NCBI RefSeq assembly: GCF_025526975.1
Contig: NW_026515669.1
Span: forward strand, 1,240,001 to 1,304,000
Reading direction: 5' to 3'
Length of the DNA: 64,000 bases
Source: Fimicolochytrium jonesii
Lineage: Eukaryota
Shown: positions 38,922 to 50,309 of the stretch, one piece after another
How positions within the stretch are numbered: position 1 is the stretch's first letter
Layout of the letters: each line of letters starts with the position of its first letter
Translations under genes and position numbers: made by a program
Notes under the pieces: generated by a model
The model's input: the letters and a program-made list of their open reading frames with translations, nothing else
What the model was told of the DNA's origin: nothing
Database searches by the model: none

Positions 38922-39521
38922 ACATTCGGCGTACTCGGCTATCCAGTGGTCACTGAACGACATTTTAATATCTAGACACCCTGTTACAGTACATACACTG
39001 GTAGTGCTTTACCTGTATTTAGTGAAAGTTTTCGTAGTCGGTGTTTTTGTCTACCTCGCACCGGACTTTTTGTTTTGTACCCCTCCCCTCCCACAAAGTT
39101 TCTGATATACATACGTTGTGACATATCTATTTACATAGTTGTCTTCTTACATCACATACATCTCATCCAAGTTACGGTGTAGCCACGTAGCTTCGTTTTT
39201 GGGAAAGTGAACCAGTACCGGGTCGATCCATTTGTCTGTACAGTTTTTCCTATTTCCTCGTATCATTACAGGTCTACTATGCGCATTTAAAAGAAAAAAA
39301 GGAAGATGGCTAGTCCAGCCGCACAGCTCAGCCTGCGGCAAACTCATATCACACATAGAGAGAGAGTGAGGGATGATGAAGTTGCAGACAACGATGACTT
39401 GATGACTATACAGGAGAAAGGGAAAGGGAAAGAAAGCGCTAACGCCAAGTATGTAAAAGAAAAAGAAGGAAAGAGCAACACGCCAAAAGTTCGGTCAACA
39501 GCCGGGAAGATTCAGATACGA

Positions 39522-41684
39522 TCACACGTCCTCGCTCTCAAGACTATCCGCCCGCTCGCCCTCCCACCCACACAACGTGCCCACATCGCCGTCCTCACTC
39601 TGATACGCGTCTTGCCGAACACGCAGGCATCGGACGGGAAACACGCCCTCAGCGACAATCTGGCGGTGTTTGCGCAGTTTGACCTGTGATCGGGTTGAGG
39701 TGGTTGTTATGGATGTTGAGGTGGTGGAGTTGGAGACTGACGAGGCAGTGGGGGTGGGTGACCGTTTGGAGGTGGGATTCGAGGAGACGTCCATGGTGTC
39801 GTCCTCATCTTCGGAGCTGTACTCGCTGCCGGGCAGGTCATCGTCGTCGCCACCGGTCAATACGGCACCTTTGCACCATCCGTCTTCCCACACGCGCCAC
39901 ACTGCTACCGTGTCCCCGCAGTGGACGGCAATCTCATCATCGCGCTGCGGGACATAACTCGATAGCGCAGTGTGGGTGTTCAGTCCTTGCGACGAAGTCG
40001 TCATCATCGAAGACGTGGATGCGAGGGTGCTCTGGGAGCTGGTGGTGGCTTGACGCAGTGGGGATGGGATGAAGGGCTTGTTCGGGACACAGGAGAAGGG
40101 TATACGGCTTGGTTTCAAGACTTGGTGGGGGTATCCTGTGCTGGGCGATTCTGTCCCGGCGACGGCTAGAGAGGCGACAGCTGCCGCCGTGGGTCGTGGC
40201 GCTGTTGATGGTTCGGCTGCGGCATTTCCAGTGGCGTCACTAGTTGAAGAAGTGGACGCAGCGGGTCCTTGGAGCTTCTGCCAATGCCGCCGCATCTCCT
40301 CCCGTTCGCGCAGATGCTGCATGTATAGTGGATCGTTCCTGAGGCTTTCGGCAGCGGGAGCCAGCACGAGAGGTGGTGGCCCTTGAGCGTCGGCAAAGCT
40401 ATCCGTTCGCACTCGCGAGAAGGGATTGCTGATGAGTGACCGCACCGGGCTTGTTGCTGACGCTGCTGTTTCTGATCCTTGCCTTATACCGTTCAACGAA
40501 TCCAGAAGCGAGAACTTGCTCATGCTCTGGACGGGTGGCGTAGGCTTCAGGGGTACGATTGGTGGAACGACCGGAGCAGGAGATGGAGACGCTGCGTTGC
40601 TGCTGATGGCCGGGATTGCTGTCCTGACTGGAGCGTCGGGTCTGGCAAAGATGGCCAAGTGAGGCATCGTTGGTCCCGTATCCGGTCGCAGTGATCCTGA
40701 GAGTGCCGAGTGGCCCGGCGATGGGGAGGGCCGCACCTGTGCCATCTCGGGATCTACATCGACCTTCTTGTGCGGTTCCTGTTCCGCGTGAACGACGGAG
40801 GCATCTTCGATCCGTGAACTGCGCCGTTTGTGGTTGAAGACGTTGCTGACTTTGCTGTTTCTCTTTGAATTCTCCTCGACGAAATGGATCTCACTTAGCA
40901 TCGGTGGTGTGGAGGACACTGCACTTCGAGGTGATTGCGTACAACCCGGTTCCCGATCGTACGGCTTCCGGGCTCCCAGGAAGCGTCCAGCAGTGCCAGC
41001 CTTCCGCCGCCGTTGAGTGACCACGAGAGTCGTGGCTCCAGCAACGATCAAAAGACATGCGATAGTCCCACCCACACCGCCTCCGATCAATTTGGCTTTG
41101 GAGAAATCGGGCACTCCAGCGGATTGGGACGATGGATCCTCCGACGGCGACGGTACGATGATTCCACTATCGTTGCTTTTATCCCCGTTGGGCTTGCCAT
41201 CCTTTCCATCATTCGAGTTGTTGGGCTTGGGCCGTTTCGGTATGGAAGTTGGTTTTGGCGAAAGCTTCCTCGTAGTCGTCGCTTGTAAAGCTTGAGCTGT
41301 GACGTTGAGAGACGGGTAAGACTGTATGGTCTTTGCCCAACGGTGAACCACATGCATACACATACCCTTGTTGATGTAAGCCTTCAGCCCACCGCATTTC
41401 AGCGAGTCCATCACCTGCAGAGTATCGCATTGACAAGTGAAGCAGAATCCGCTAGACGTCTGGACCGCGTCGCTACATGTCGTTTTCAAGTTCTGCAGAC
41501 ACTTCTTGTTTGCTGTGGAGGCAGCGGCTTTCACTTGACATTGGTTCGTGAGAATTTGGCAGCTGTCTAGTGTATCGTTCGCTAACGGCGCAGCCCCAGC
41601 GATCGAGGCAACACAGAGGACGAGGAAAGCCAATAGCAGGAGGGTCGGCGAGAGTACTCCGATGGCTCGTTTCTGGTCAGACAT
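39522..41684 (-). CDS. Type I membrane protein: 8-Cys ectodomain, TM, disordered tail, C-terminal SH3; probable in-frame intron 41297-41365
   Basis: Signal peptide; TM LIGGGVGGTIACLLIVAGA followed by RRRK; SH3 motifs ALSSYVPQRDDEIAVHCGDTV..EDGWCKG...EGVFPVRCL. Confidence 0.8.
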   Translation of the reverse strand: MSDQKRAIGVLSPTLLLLAFLVLCVASIAGAAPLANDTLDSCQILTNQCQVKAAASTANKKCLQNLKTTCSDAVQTSSGFCFTCQCDTLQVMDSLKCGGLKAYINKGMCMHVVHRWAKTIQSYPSLNVTAQALQATTTRKLSPKPTSIPKRPKPNNSNDGKDGKPNGDKSNDSGIIVPSPSEDPSSQSAGVPDFSKAKLIGGGVGGTIACLLIVAGATTLVVTQRRRKAGTAGRFLGARKPYDREPGCTQSPRSAVSSTPPMLSEIHFVEENSKRNSKVSNVFNHKRRSSRIEDASVVHAEQEPHKKVDVDPEMAQVRPSPSPGHSALSGSLRPDTGPTMPHLAIFARPDAPVRTAIPAISSNAASPSPAPVVPPIVPLKPTPPVQSMSKFSLLDSLNGIRQGSETAASATSPVRSLISNPFSRVRTDSFADAQGPPPLVLAPAAESLRNDPLYMQHLREREEMRRHWQKLQGPAASTSSTSDATGNAAAEPSTAPRPTAAAVASLAVAGTESPSTGYPHQVLKPSRIPFSCVPNKPFIPSPLRQATTSSQSTLASTSSMMTTSSQGLNTHTALSSYVPQRDDEIAVHCGDTVAVWRVWEDGWCKGAVLTGGDDDDLPGSEYSSEDEDDTMDVSSNPTSKRSPTPTASSVSNSTTSTSITTTSTRSQVKLRKHRQIVAEGVFPVRCLRVRQDAYQSEDGDVGTLCGWEGERADSLESEDV

Positions 41685-43914
41685 GAGTGCACCGGTTATG
41701 AGGTCTGATAAGGTTAACTTTCGAGCGTCGTGAGTTGGTGGGTTTCGGTGGAAACAGGAGTTGTGTAGTCATGCGCCGGAGGACCGCGGTTGCATTGTAA
41801 CCCAGACCTAGACTGAACCTTCTGGCGCTTCTCGTTGTGTCACAGAGTCGGTGAGAACTTGGAAGTGGAGGAGTTAGTTTTCACATTCTCTCTCCATCGG
41901 GGGGGAAATATTCTTTCATACACTTACGCAGAAGAGTCGGCAGAGGTGGCTCGCGCAGTGGGACACTTTACTGCGGCAATTCTTTACACCTTGAAGGAAT
42001 GCCTGAGGTTGCTGAGGGCTTGCACGTTTTGCTAGACGTCGGATTGGTGCCTCCACCTTCTTGCTGAACGGCACGCGAGACGCCTCCCTCCGAAAGCCAG
42101 CCCCCTTTTCTATCCTTGAAAATCCTGGTGGTGTGCCAGTGAGCCCTGATGGTGTTCAGCCCTGCTTGATTGTTGCTCGTGCTGCTCTTGCTCAACAGCA
42201 CTTGCTCACTGCTGTGCTTGCCACGAGGTGCTTCCCGGTTTTACGAGTACGTAGGGTCGACGTACTGTAGTGGTACGTGGGAGGACTATGATGACAAGGT
42301 GACAACGCTGTGGTGTGGGGACGCACGGTGGCCTCTCGCGCTGGATCTGGAGCCTGTCACTGTGATCGTGTGAACCTTCCGTTGCCCTGCGAGTCTCTTG
42401 TGCAAGTTGTGAGTCCGTGGGAAAAGGAATAAGCGCGGGGAAGGAGGCCGGCGGTACTTGCGAAATTGCGAATGCCAGGTTGAAAGGCGCGCCGCTGGGC
42501 GTACAAGAAACTTCACCGCTGCCCAATCTAGGCCGCTTGGTACATACATACAACTTATGTACAAACCTTACACCTCCAACTCATTCCTCCGACCTCGACT
42601 TTGGAAGTTCGAAGAGATGCCTCGTATAGATCATAGATGCTCATAACTCTTTATCATCTCATCAGACTAATCATCTCGCAATCCTTGCTGTCTCCGCTAA
42701 AGAAACTGTAAGGAGGGGAGCTTTTGTTGCCCAGCAACCGTGGTCGTTTTAGGGATTTGGCGCCCGGCAAGCTTCATTTGATTTTAGCGGCCTGATCATA
42801 CCCGCAACATTTCTCACAACAGCCAGCCATGGCAGCAGGCGCTTCCGACCTCTGAAAAAAATCGTGGAAAGGCCCCAACGAAAACGTTGTCCATTCCATT
42901 TTGTCTCATGTGGGGGATGGTTGGTTGATGTGCCAACTTGGGCACGCACAAAAAATGCGTGGGGCAATGGTAATAACGTGGAATCTTTTCGTCCCCGTGC
43001 TGTACTGTACCTACTATGTATGTACGTAAGCGATGGGGCTACGTCATCAACCTGTTCTCCGACGCGTTTCGCGATTGAAAATTGCAAGCGTGCAAGTCGA
43101 CCAACGCATGTGACCCTCGCAATGCTTCCAACTACATATGCACATGCTCATCGCCAGTTTTGCTAGGCACAGGATGGTGGCGGAATCGCTCATGTGATGA
43201 CGCTTCTTCCTCGCACATCTCAGGTTCGCAAAAGGGCTAAGGTTACGGCGCATGTCAATACACGTGCGTGTGGCAGATACCATATCAAGGAATCAAGGAT
43301 TCGCGAAATTGAACGGAAGATGCCGCTCGGGCACGCAACGCTGCTCAACGATGCAAATGTGACCGCAGTTTCAAATCAGCCTTTCTTCTGTGCTGCACAT
43401 GCATAAGCAGCGAGAGTCCGGAAGCATTTGCTCTCCTTCGGCTCCCCAGCCAACGTCATTGAAGCTTGGCACAGCGGCGCTTCCTCGGACCGAGACTGCT
43501 GCAGGATCGAAGGTGGTTTCACCTTGATCACGACGTGAACCAGCGACTGACTGCCACTTTCTGCTAGTTTTGTGCTTTATGCTTTGTGTGCATTGGTTGT
43601 CGATATGTTCCGGTGGTGGGTTACGCGCGCAAAATCCACTAAACTGCACCCTAGCCTCGGAGGGGCCGTCGATGGTCAGATCGTATACTGATGTAGTCTA
43701 TTCTTGATTGTGTATCGAAAATGGTATAGAAAATGGGGAAGCAGCCGTCGCCTTCGCACTGGTCTTTTCTAAGCCTTTCCGTTGCCGCTTCTCCTCGAGC
43801 GTGGACCCTTCATTGCTGCACGGTCACCCACTGCGTACGGTGGTCGAGCTTCAAATTCGCGCAGGAAAGTGGTGAACGGTCTCGCACTCATACTCTAATT
43901 GTTAAGTGCCCCAG

Positions 43915-43940
43915 TTAGGGTTAGGGTTAGGATTAGGGTT
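43915..43940 (+). repeat. Interstitial telomere-type repeat (TTAGGG)4 with one variant unit
   Basis: TTAGGG TTAGGG TTAGGA TTAGGG TT. Confidence 0.9.
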
Positions 43941-44217
43941 CGTTACACCTAGCCCGAAGTCGGGAGCGGAGCGTGTTGTTATGGTAGGTTAGTTACCCAC
44001 CAAGTTTATGTCGCTTATTATAGTGTTAAGTGGCTGAGAGTGAGTGCGAATAGAAGTGAGTGCGATTATCGGCTCTCGGGCGCCTGGCCGCTGCCTCAAG
44101 ATCCCGCAACATTAGCGCGGATACATCTATCGAACGACGCTTTTGAAAGGACCGCCGGAAAAGCTAGGGACCCTTCTTGAAGAGCAACGCCGCATACTTC
44201 TTTAAAGCACTGCAGTC

Positions 44218-45232
44218 ATGGCACTGGTAACCTTGCCGGCTTGTCATCCTCACTCCTCTCAGACACCAAGCTTAACATGATGACTGTGTAGGATTTGAAA
44301 AGCATACCAAAGGAGTTTGTCGCGACCGCCGACTTTCTGCGTAGCGGGGATGCGAAGCTGACGTTGAAACAGGGCACGCTTGATGGGAGGCGGGTGGATT
44401 TCTTCAAAGGTATGGGAAGGATATTGGGCGGTCGTGTGAGGAGGAAGGGGTGAAATAGGAGGAAGGGGTAGTGAAGAGGGGTCATCAAGGGCTCGGTGGG
44501 TACTGGAACCATTCAACTAATAGACGTCTATCAAATCCAGGCAAACACGCCGTAAACGCCCTTCTCCGCAAACCCTCCCCCAAACGCCCAACCGTAACCT
44601 CCCGCCCGACCGCCGAATCCCACCTCTCTGAACTCCACCGCAACGGCCTCTTTATCCAAGTGGACCGCTCCTCCAAACCCACAAAGCCCACCACCCCCGG
44701 CGGCGGGCCGCCCCCCATCCCGCTCCAACTCTCCCAGCCGCAAGCACCCTTCTCTCCGGATAATTACTACGCTTGGGTCTACGAGGGGTCGCAGCTCAAG
44801 GGCATATTGATTGGAACGGGCGTGTTGGCGGTTACGTTTGCGGGGGTGATGTTCCCGTTGTGGCCGGCGTCGTTGCGTCAGGGGGTGTATTACTTGTCGT
44901 TGGGGCTGTTGGGGCTGATGGGGCTGTTTATGGTGTTGGTGCTGTTTAGGATGGTGCTTTGGTTGGTGTTGAAGGCGGGGACGGGGAGGGATGGGTGGTT
45001 GTATCCGAATTTGTTTGCGGATGTGGGGGTTGTGGAGAGCTTTACACCGGTTTGGGGGTGAGTTGAGGATTTGGGGGTCTGGCCTCTTCATTTGTACAGT
45101 GACATTGACATCTTATCCCTCCACTTTGTCAGCTGGGAAGACGTCAAACCGAAAAAGAAGCGCTCAAAAGCGGTCAAGGAGGCGGTCGGCAGCGACGGGG
45201 ACGGAGATGGGAATATCGACCATGAGGATTAG
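44218..45232 (+). CDS. SEC62: Translocation protein Sec62, 4 exons (first exon 9 nt)
   Basis: ADFLRS, GRRVDFFKGKHAVNALL, YYAWVYEG, GVMFPLWP..GVYYLS, GWLYPNLFADVGVVESFTPVWGW. Confidence 0.93.
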
Positions 45233-46032
45233 ATTTCACACATCCCGAAGCCCGCGTTTACCCATCTACGGTCGCTATGTGGGATACATCCCCCCGAAAA
45301 CGAAACCTCGTGAGAGAGACGTCGTATACGCACGAAAGAAGAAGAAGACTTGGAGGCGTATGGAAGCACGAGTTGGGGGAGTGCTGTGCCGAGAGCAAGA
45401 AAAAGGAAGCTCTGCAGGATTCTGGAAGCTCGAGTCGGTGGAGTGTTGTGCCGAGCGACGCGAGCTACTAGTTCTGCGGGTTAGGGTTAGAGTAGAAAAG
45501 ACCAGTGCGAAGACGACGGCTTCGCACAGTAGCGGTACCCCCGTTTTCTATACCTTTTTCAATGGACGACCATTCTATATACGATCTGACCATCGTCGGC
45601 TACTTCCGATCTCGCGCACAACACAACTGTCATAAATCGATTTCCGGTGTCGAACGGCGACCACGCCCACTCTCAGACTCGTTGACAACAGGGGCACATG
45701 CAGTGCATCGTTTTAGTAGTTTTAGTCTCTGCGTAGCTTCGGATGTGCTAGAAATCAATCCATGTGGGCTTCCAAGAACTCCGTGCGAACCTACGCGTGA
45801 GTCTCCCTTTTGTGGAAAGCCGTTCCTGAGGAATCGCGACGAGGGAGATTGGAGTGGCGGCGCAATCGGGCGATATATCAAGCCCTTCTTGCCCCAACCT
45901 CCCGTGCACGGCCTTCCCACGAATCCCACCGACATAGCCTGCTGAATTGAAGTCCAATCCTTCCTTCCACCTCTCGTCCATACCCCACAACCCATTCCTC
46001 TCATATTAACCCCCAACCCCCACCCGCCCAAA

Positions 46033-47419
46033 ATGACCTCCAGCCTAGCAAACGTCGAAGAATACTTCCGCATGAACATGGAAAAGAAACTCATGGTGTA
46101 CGTCCTGCCTTACCCTTACCCTCCCCATCTGCTTTTCACCCCCATCCCCCCATCCCTCACCCACCAACCCCCCTCCCATCCCCGCAGCCGCGCCCCAGAA
46201 CAAGAGGACCACGACCTAACCCCCGCCACAAAGCTCCTCGAAAAGCGGCGGGAGATGCAAGAGGTCGAAGATGGCCTCACCCACCAGAAGGAAGAGTTCG
46301 CCATAAAAATCCAAGGGCTGGCAATGAGGCGCGAGGAGTTGGCGAGGAAGGAGGGGAGGTTGCGGGAGAGTTTGGGAAAGTTTGATAAGTTTCTGAAGGT
46401 ATGTGTCTGTCGGAGGGGACATACTGCACAGTGTTCTTTGGGGGGAATGCGTGTGTAATGTGGGGATGGGGTTACTGATGAGTGTGATTTTTTTTTTCAA
46501 TTTCAGGAAAACGACGCAAAAAGAACCCGCGCCCAAAAAAAATCCCTTGACGAACGGAGAGTCCGCGAACAGAAGGAGGACGAGATCACCGTCCTCCGTA
46601 CCAACATGGCCGAGTTGACCGACGTGCGGGAGAGGCAGGGGCGAAGTGTCGAGACCAGTCAGTAATCACCCTTAACATCACCCCATTCACACTTCCCCGG
46701 GGGCTCATCAACCAATTTTTTTCTTGTGATGCTAGATTTGGCATACCAACGTTATCTAGAACTCCTCCTCGAAACCGTCGAGGAGTTCAGCGAAGTCAAG
46801 GACATCATCGCGCGGTTCGACACCCTCGCCGCGACCAACAGCGCCCTCCTCGACCGTGCGCGCGAGGCGCAGGAACGCACCGAACGTGACCGCTCCGGGT
46901 TTGTTCATAGCACCGAGGTATGGGGTGCTAATGTGACAAAAAAAATGGTAGCTATCCTCGACGGGGGTAATGTTTGAGTGATTGATATTCGGTTTGGGCA
47001 GGAAAAGAACACAACAATCCTAAACCAAAACAACGAAATCGCAAAACTCCAATCCAAACTCGAACACCTCCAATCCCGCACAACGAAACTCCAATCCGAA
47101 TGCGATCAGACTATCAACAACGCCACCCAGAAATCCCTCCTATTAGGCCAGATCAAAATGTACGTCAAAAGGAAAATCATATTTCTCTTGTTATCACACC
47201 CCTTGCCAGGGTTGTTGATGTCTGTCGATTTTCAATAGGGCAACGAATAATTTGTTCCAATTGGTGAAGAGCCACGTCAATAACCGGCTCGTGGCAACGG
47301 GGAGCACCGTGGTGCAGCTGGAGAAGATCCAGCAGTTTATTTTGGATTTGACGAATATTACGAGTGATATGGGGGGGAGGGGTGGTGGGGGAGGTGGGGG
47401 AGGGATGGGTGTTGTGTGA
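46033..47419 (+). CDS. CCDC42: CCDC42/CFAP73 family (DUF4200) flagellar coiled-coil protein, 6 exons
   Basis: TPATKLLEKRREMQEVE, RREELARKE..LRESLGKFDKFLKENDAKRTRA, FSEVKDIIARFDTL, LLGQIKMATNNLFQLV, QLEKIQQFILDL. Confidence 0.88.
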
Positions 47420-47547
47420 ACCCTATTTTTTTATATGGGTGGGAGAGGGGAGGTTGTATATAGCGGGCCGAGAGGGAGGATGGTGGGTGGTAGATGTACA
47501 TACATATGCAAATGTGATTGTGATTGTGCTCTGGACGAGGAACGTAG

Positions 47548-47739
47548 TCCTCTAGAGTCTATGGACGAGGAGGAGGTTGCTTAGTATCCCACCTCACCAC
47601 CCACCGCACCAAGCACCTCCTCTCGACGCCGCATTTGCCGTTCAATTCGGATCGGTGTAACAAATATTTATGGGTTTACGGGTTTCCCTGGACATTACGT
47701 TCCTCTAGAGTCTATGGACGAGGAGGAGGTTGCTTAGTA
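47548..47739. repeat. Exact 39-bp direct repeat (47548-47586 and 47701-47739) around a 114-bp spacer
   Basis: TCCTCTAGAGTCTATGGACGAGGAGGAGGTTGCTTAGTA occurs twice. Confidence 0.92.
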
Positions 47740-48478
47740 ACCTCCGAACGGAGTCCATTTGGCCACGCTTCCCATTGGCCACCATCTACCTACATAACGA
47801 CACGCTCCGCTCGCTAGATGCCGCTCATATAGGAGTTTCCAGTTGCACGGAGGCTGCCTATTCTCAGGGCGTCAAAAGCGCCGCCCGCCAATTCCGGAAG
47901 TTCCGAAAACAGCCTGAAGTTCGGCTGCTGCCGGAAGAAGTAGCGTTGGCCGTTTCCAGGTAGTGGTTTCCGTCTCCTGCGGGAGGAACCAGTGCCTTTA
48001 CGTGAAGATGTAGCTTCCCTGATGTAGCTTCCCCGGAAGATGGGCTGTCCAGCAGGCCATTATTCCAGTGCTACTGTACAAAGACGTGTGGACTGTACAC
48101 ATACAGAGTACTTTCTACCAGCCCGTTGAGTTGCTTGCTTCTCTGAGGAATGGGCGCCTTCAGGGTTGTCTTTGAGGTCTATGGTCCACTTGGGGGGGAG
48201 GTGTTCTTTGCGACGGCCAGAAGGGAGGAGAGGCAGTGAGGCACGTCACACCTTTTCGCAAGAGAGTGTTCCTCGTGTTCCTTCGTCCTCCCAGAAACAC
48301 CCCGTGCAACCTGTTGGCAGACAGACCACCGCACAGCACTTCCTACTTACATACTTGCAGGCTATCGGTATCCCAGCTAGCGTCAGTGTCCTGAGCTCCA
48401 TATGGCTGCATAGTCGTTGCCTTTCAAGCACTTGTGTCTCGTTTTCCAACTCATATCTTCACCCAAGGGTCCCAGAAG

Positions 48479-50309
48479 ATGGCAGGCACAGGGTCCATCT
48501 TGCCCGACATCTTCCACCGTCTAGGTACCGAAAACCTCTTAGCCACCTTCCTCGCAGCCGCTGCAACCACCTCCACCCCCTCGCATCCCTCCACCAGTCC
48601 CGCCCAACCCAACGGCGACCGCGACTCCTGGATCCTCCTTGACGGCGAGCCTTCCGACCCAGCAAATGACGACTCCAAAGATCCGCGTTGGGCCGAACTC
48701 TTCCTCGAATACTTTGTAGTCGGTGGCGCAGAAGGCAACGACGATCTGCTGTTTTTCGTCAAACAGCTCCCGTTGCAGCAGACCAGTCAGGGATACTATG
48801 TCCCGCCAGCGGGGGGGGCGGCGCCGGCCGAGGACCCGATTTTAGTGAGGCGGAAAGTCGGGAAACAGATGCCGGCGCTGGATCATCTGGTGGATTGGAA
48901 GCAGACTTTCTTCTTGAATTTGATTGTGCAGCTGCCGTGTACTTTGACGGTGGCCGTGTGCAAGCGAGGGATGCCGGGGAGCCAGACGAGTTTCAGCGCC
49001 GGGAATGGGGCTGCGACGCCTTCTGGGACCAACGGCCCAATGTATGCGAGTCCGACGACGAGCGGAACACCCACTGTAACAACAACGAACGACGCAAATA
49101 CCACCACCTCCTCCCCACCCTCAACAACAATAGAGTACCCCACCCCCACGCCCCCAAACAAACCACCCAAATCCAAAATGCTCGCCATCCAACGCATCTC
49201 CAAAACGGTCTACGCAGCCCCATACAAATCCCGTATGGACGTCAAAGACGCCTTCATGAATGAATGCTCCTTCCCGCTCGTCTACTACACTGTCAACGAC
49301 TACGAGTCCCACGATCTGCATCTCTCCATCCGCCAGAACGAGTACCTCTGTGTCGAGTTGAGTGTTATGCTGCCTGATCCACAAGCGCCTGGGGACTCGA
49401 ATGTGTGGACGTCCTCGCGAGGTACAGACGCGGTGGGGAACATCTCAGTAACCGACGACCCAGCCCCATTCCCCGTGCCCCCCAAGTGCGTCAAAACGGT
49501 CCTGTTCCAGGGCGCGGTGCCATACACATCTCTCCTCGACATCTTCCAACAAAAGGGGCTCGCTGCACGGAATCATATGCGGTTTGGCGGGTGGAAACGC
49601 GATAGTGGTGGGGCGGGACATGATATGGCGCCGGGAGGTGGGAACAATTCATCAGCAACCTCACTGAGCGAACGCACGGAATACATCATGATGCGCGGTC
49701 CACGCGGAAAGGGGCAGTGTCAGGTCGCTATCAAAGACGATCCTGTAGTCGAGTCAACAATCAACTTAAACACCCTATCATCACCCACGTCAACTACCCC
49801 AACAACACCACTCCCTACCCCCTCCGCCCCACAACCCGTCCCCACCCCACCCCTCTCCTACCCATCTTCCCCATCTTCCTCCTCGTCCCACCTCCCCCCC
49901 TCGGCGACCCTGGGAGCCTCCCCGTCGAATACCACCTCGAATATCTCCACATCACCATCCCCCCGGAAACAACCAACCCTCTCCGACCGTCTCCTCCGCT
50001 TCGGCAACACCGTGCGGTCGCAGATCGTTGCGGCCGCTGCGAGTGCGGGGATCGATAGTGGGAACGGTGTAGACAGTGGTGGGCCAGGGACAGGGGAGGG
50101 CAAGGTGGTGAGTCTGAGGTGCTCGATGACGTATGTGAATGTTCCGTGGATTAGTATTATCAGGTATGTTTTGAGGGGGTTTCCATTGCAGGGGGCGCCG
50201 TCGGCGGGTTGCTGTGGGTCCTCGGAACACTCACCTTCTCCTGAATAGCGACCTGGCAGCAGCAGACTTTGCTAAAGTCCCACCTCCCCCGGTACCCGCA
50301 CCTGAATAA
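48479..50309 (+). CDS. KIAA0930-like (DUF2045) protein; intron 50164-50248
   Basis: DDLLFFVK, VDWKQTFFLNLIVQ..TLTVAVC, VYAAPYKSRMD, LFQGAVPY, EYIMMRGPRGKGQCQVA, LRCSMTYVNVPW. Confidence 0.85.

Noticed and set aside
41700..43880. Long intergenic region with many short ORFs
   Set aside because: No motifs or coding bias; probably promoter/5' UTR.
45233..46032. RFX X-box upstream of the flagellar gene
   Set aside because: No convincing GTTNCCATGGNAAC-like match.
46098..46187. In-frame stop-free introns (also 11404-11481 and 41297-41365)
   Set aside because: Expected by chance for short GC-rich introns; no evidence of regulated retention.
47548..47739. Repeat-spacer-repeat resembling a CRISPR array
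   Set aside because: Only two repeats, a 114-bp spacer, no cas genes and a eukaryotic context.
48007..48033. GATGTAGCTTCCC tandem duplicate (similar micro-duplications near 50842 and 51400)
   Set aside because: Ordinary short slippage duplications.
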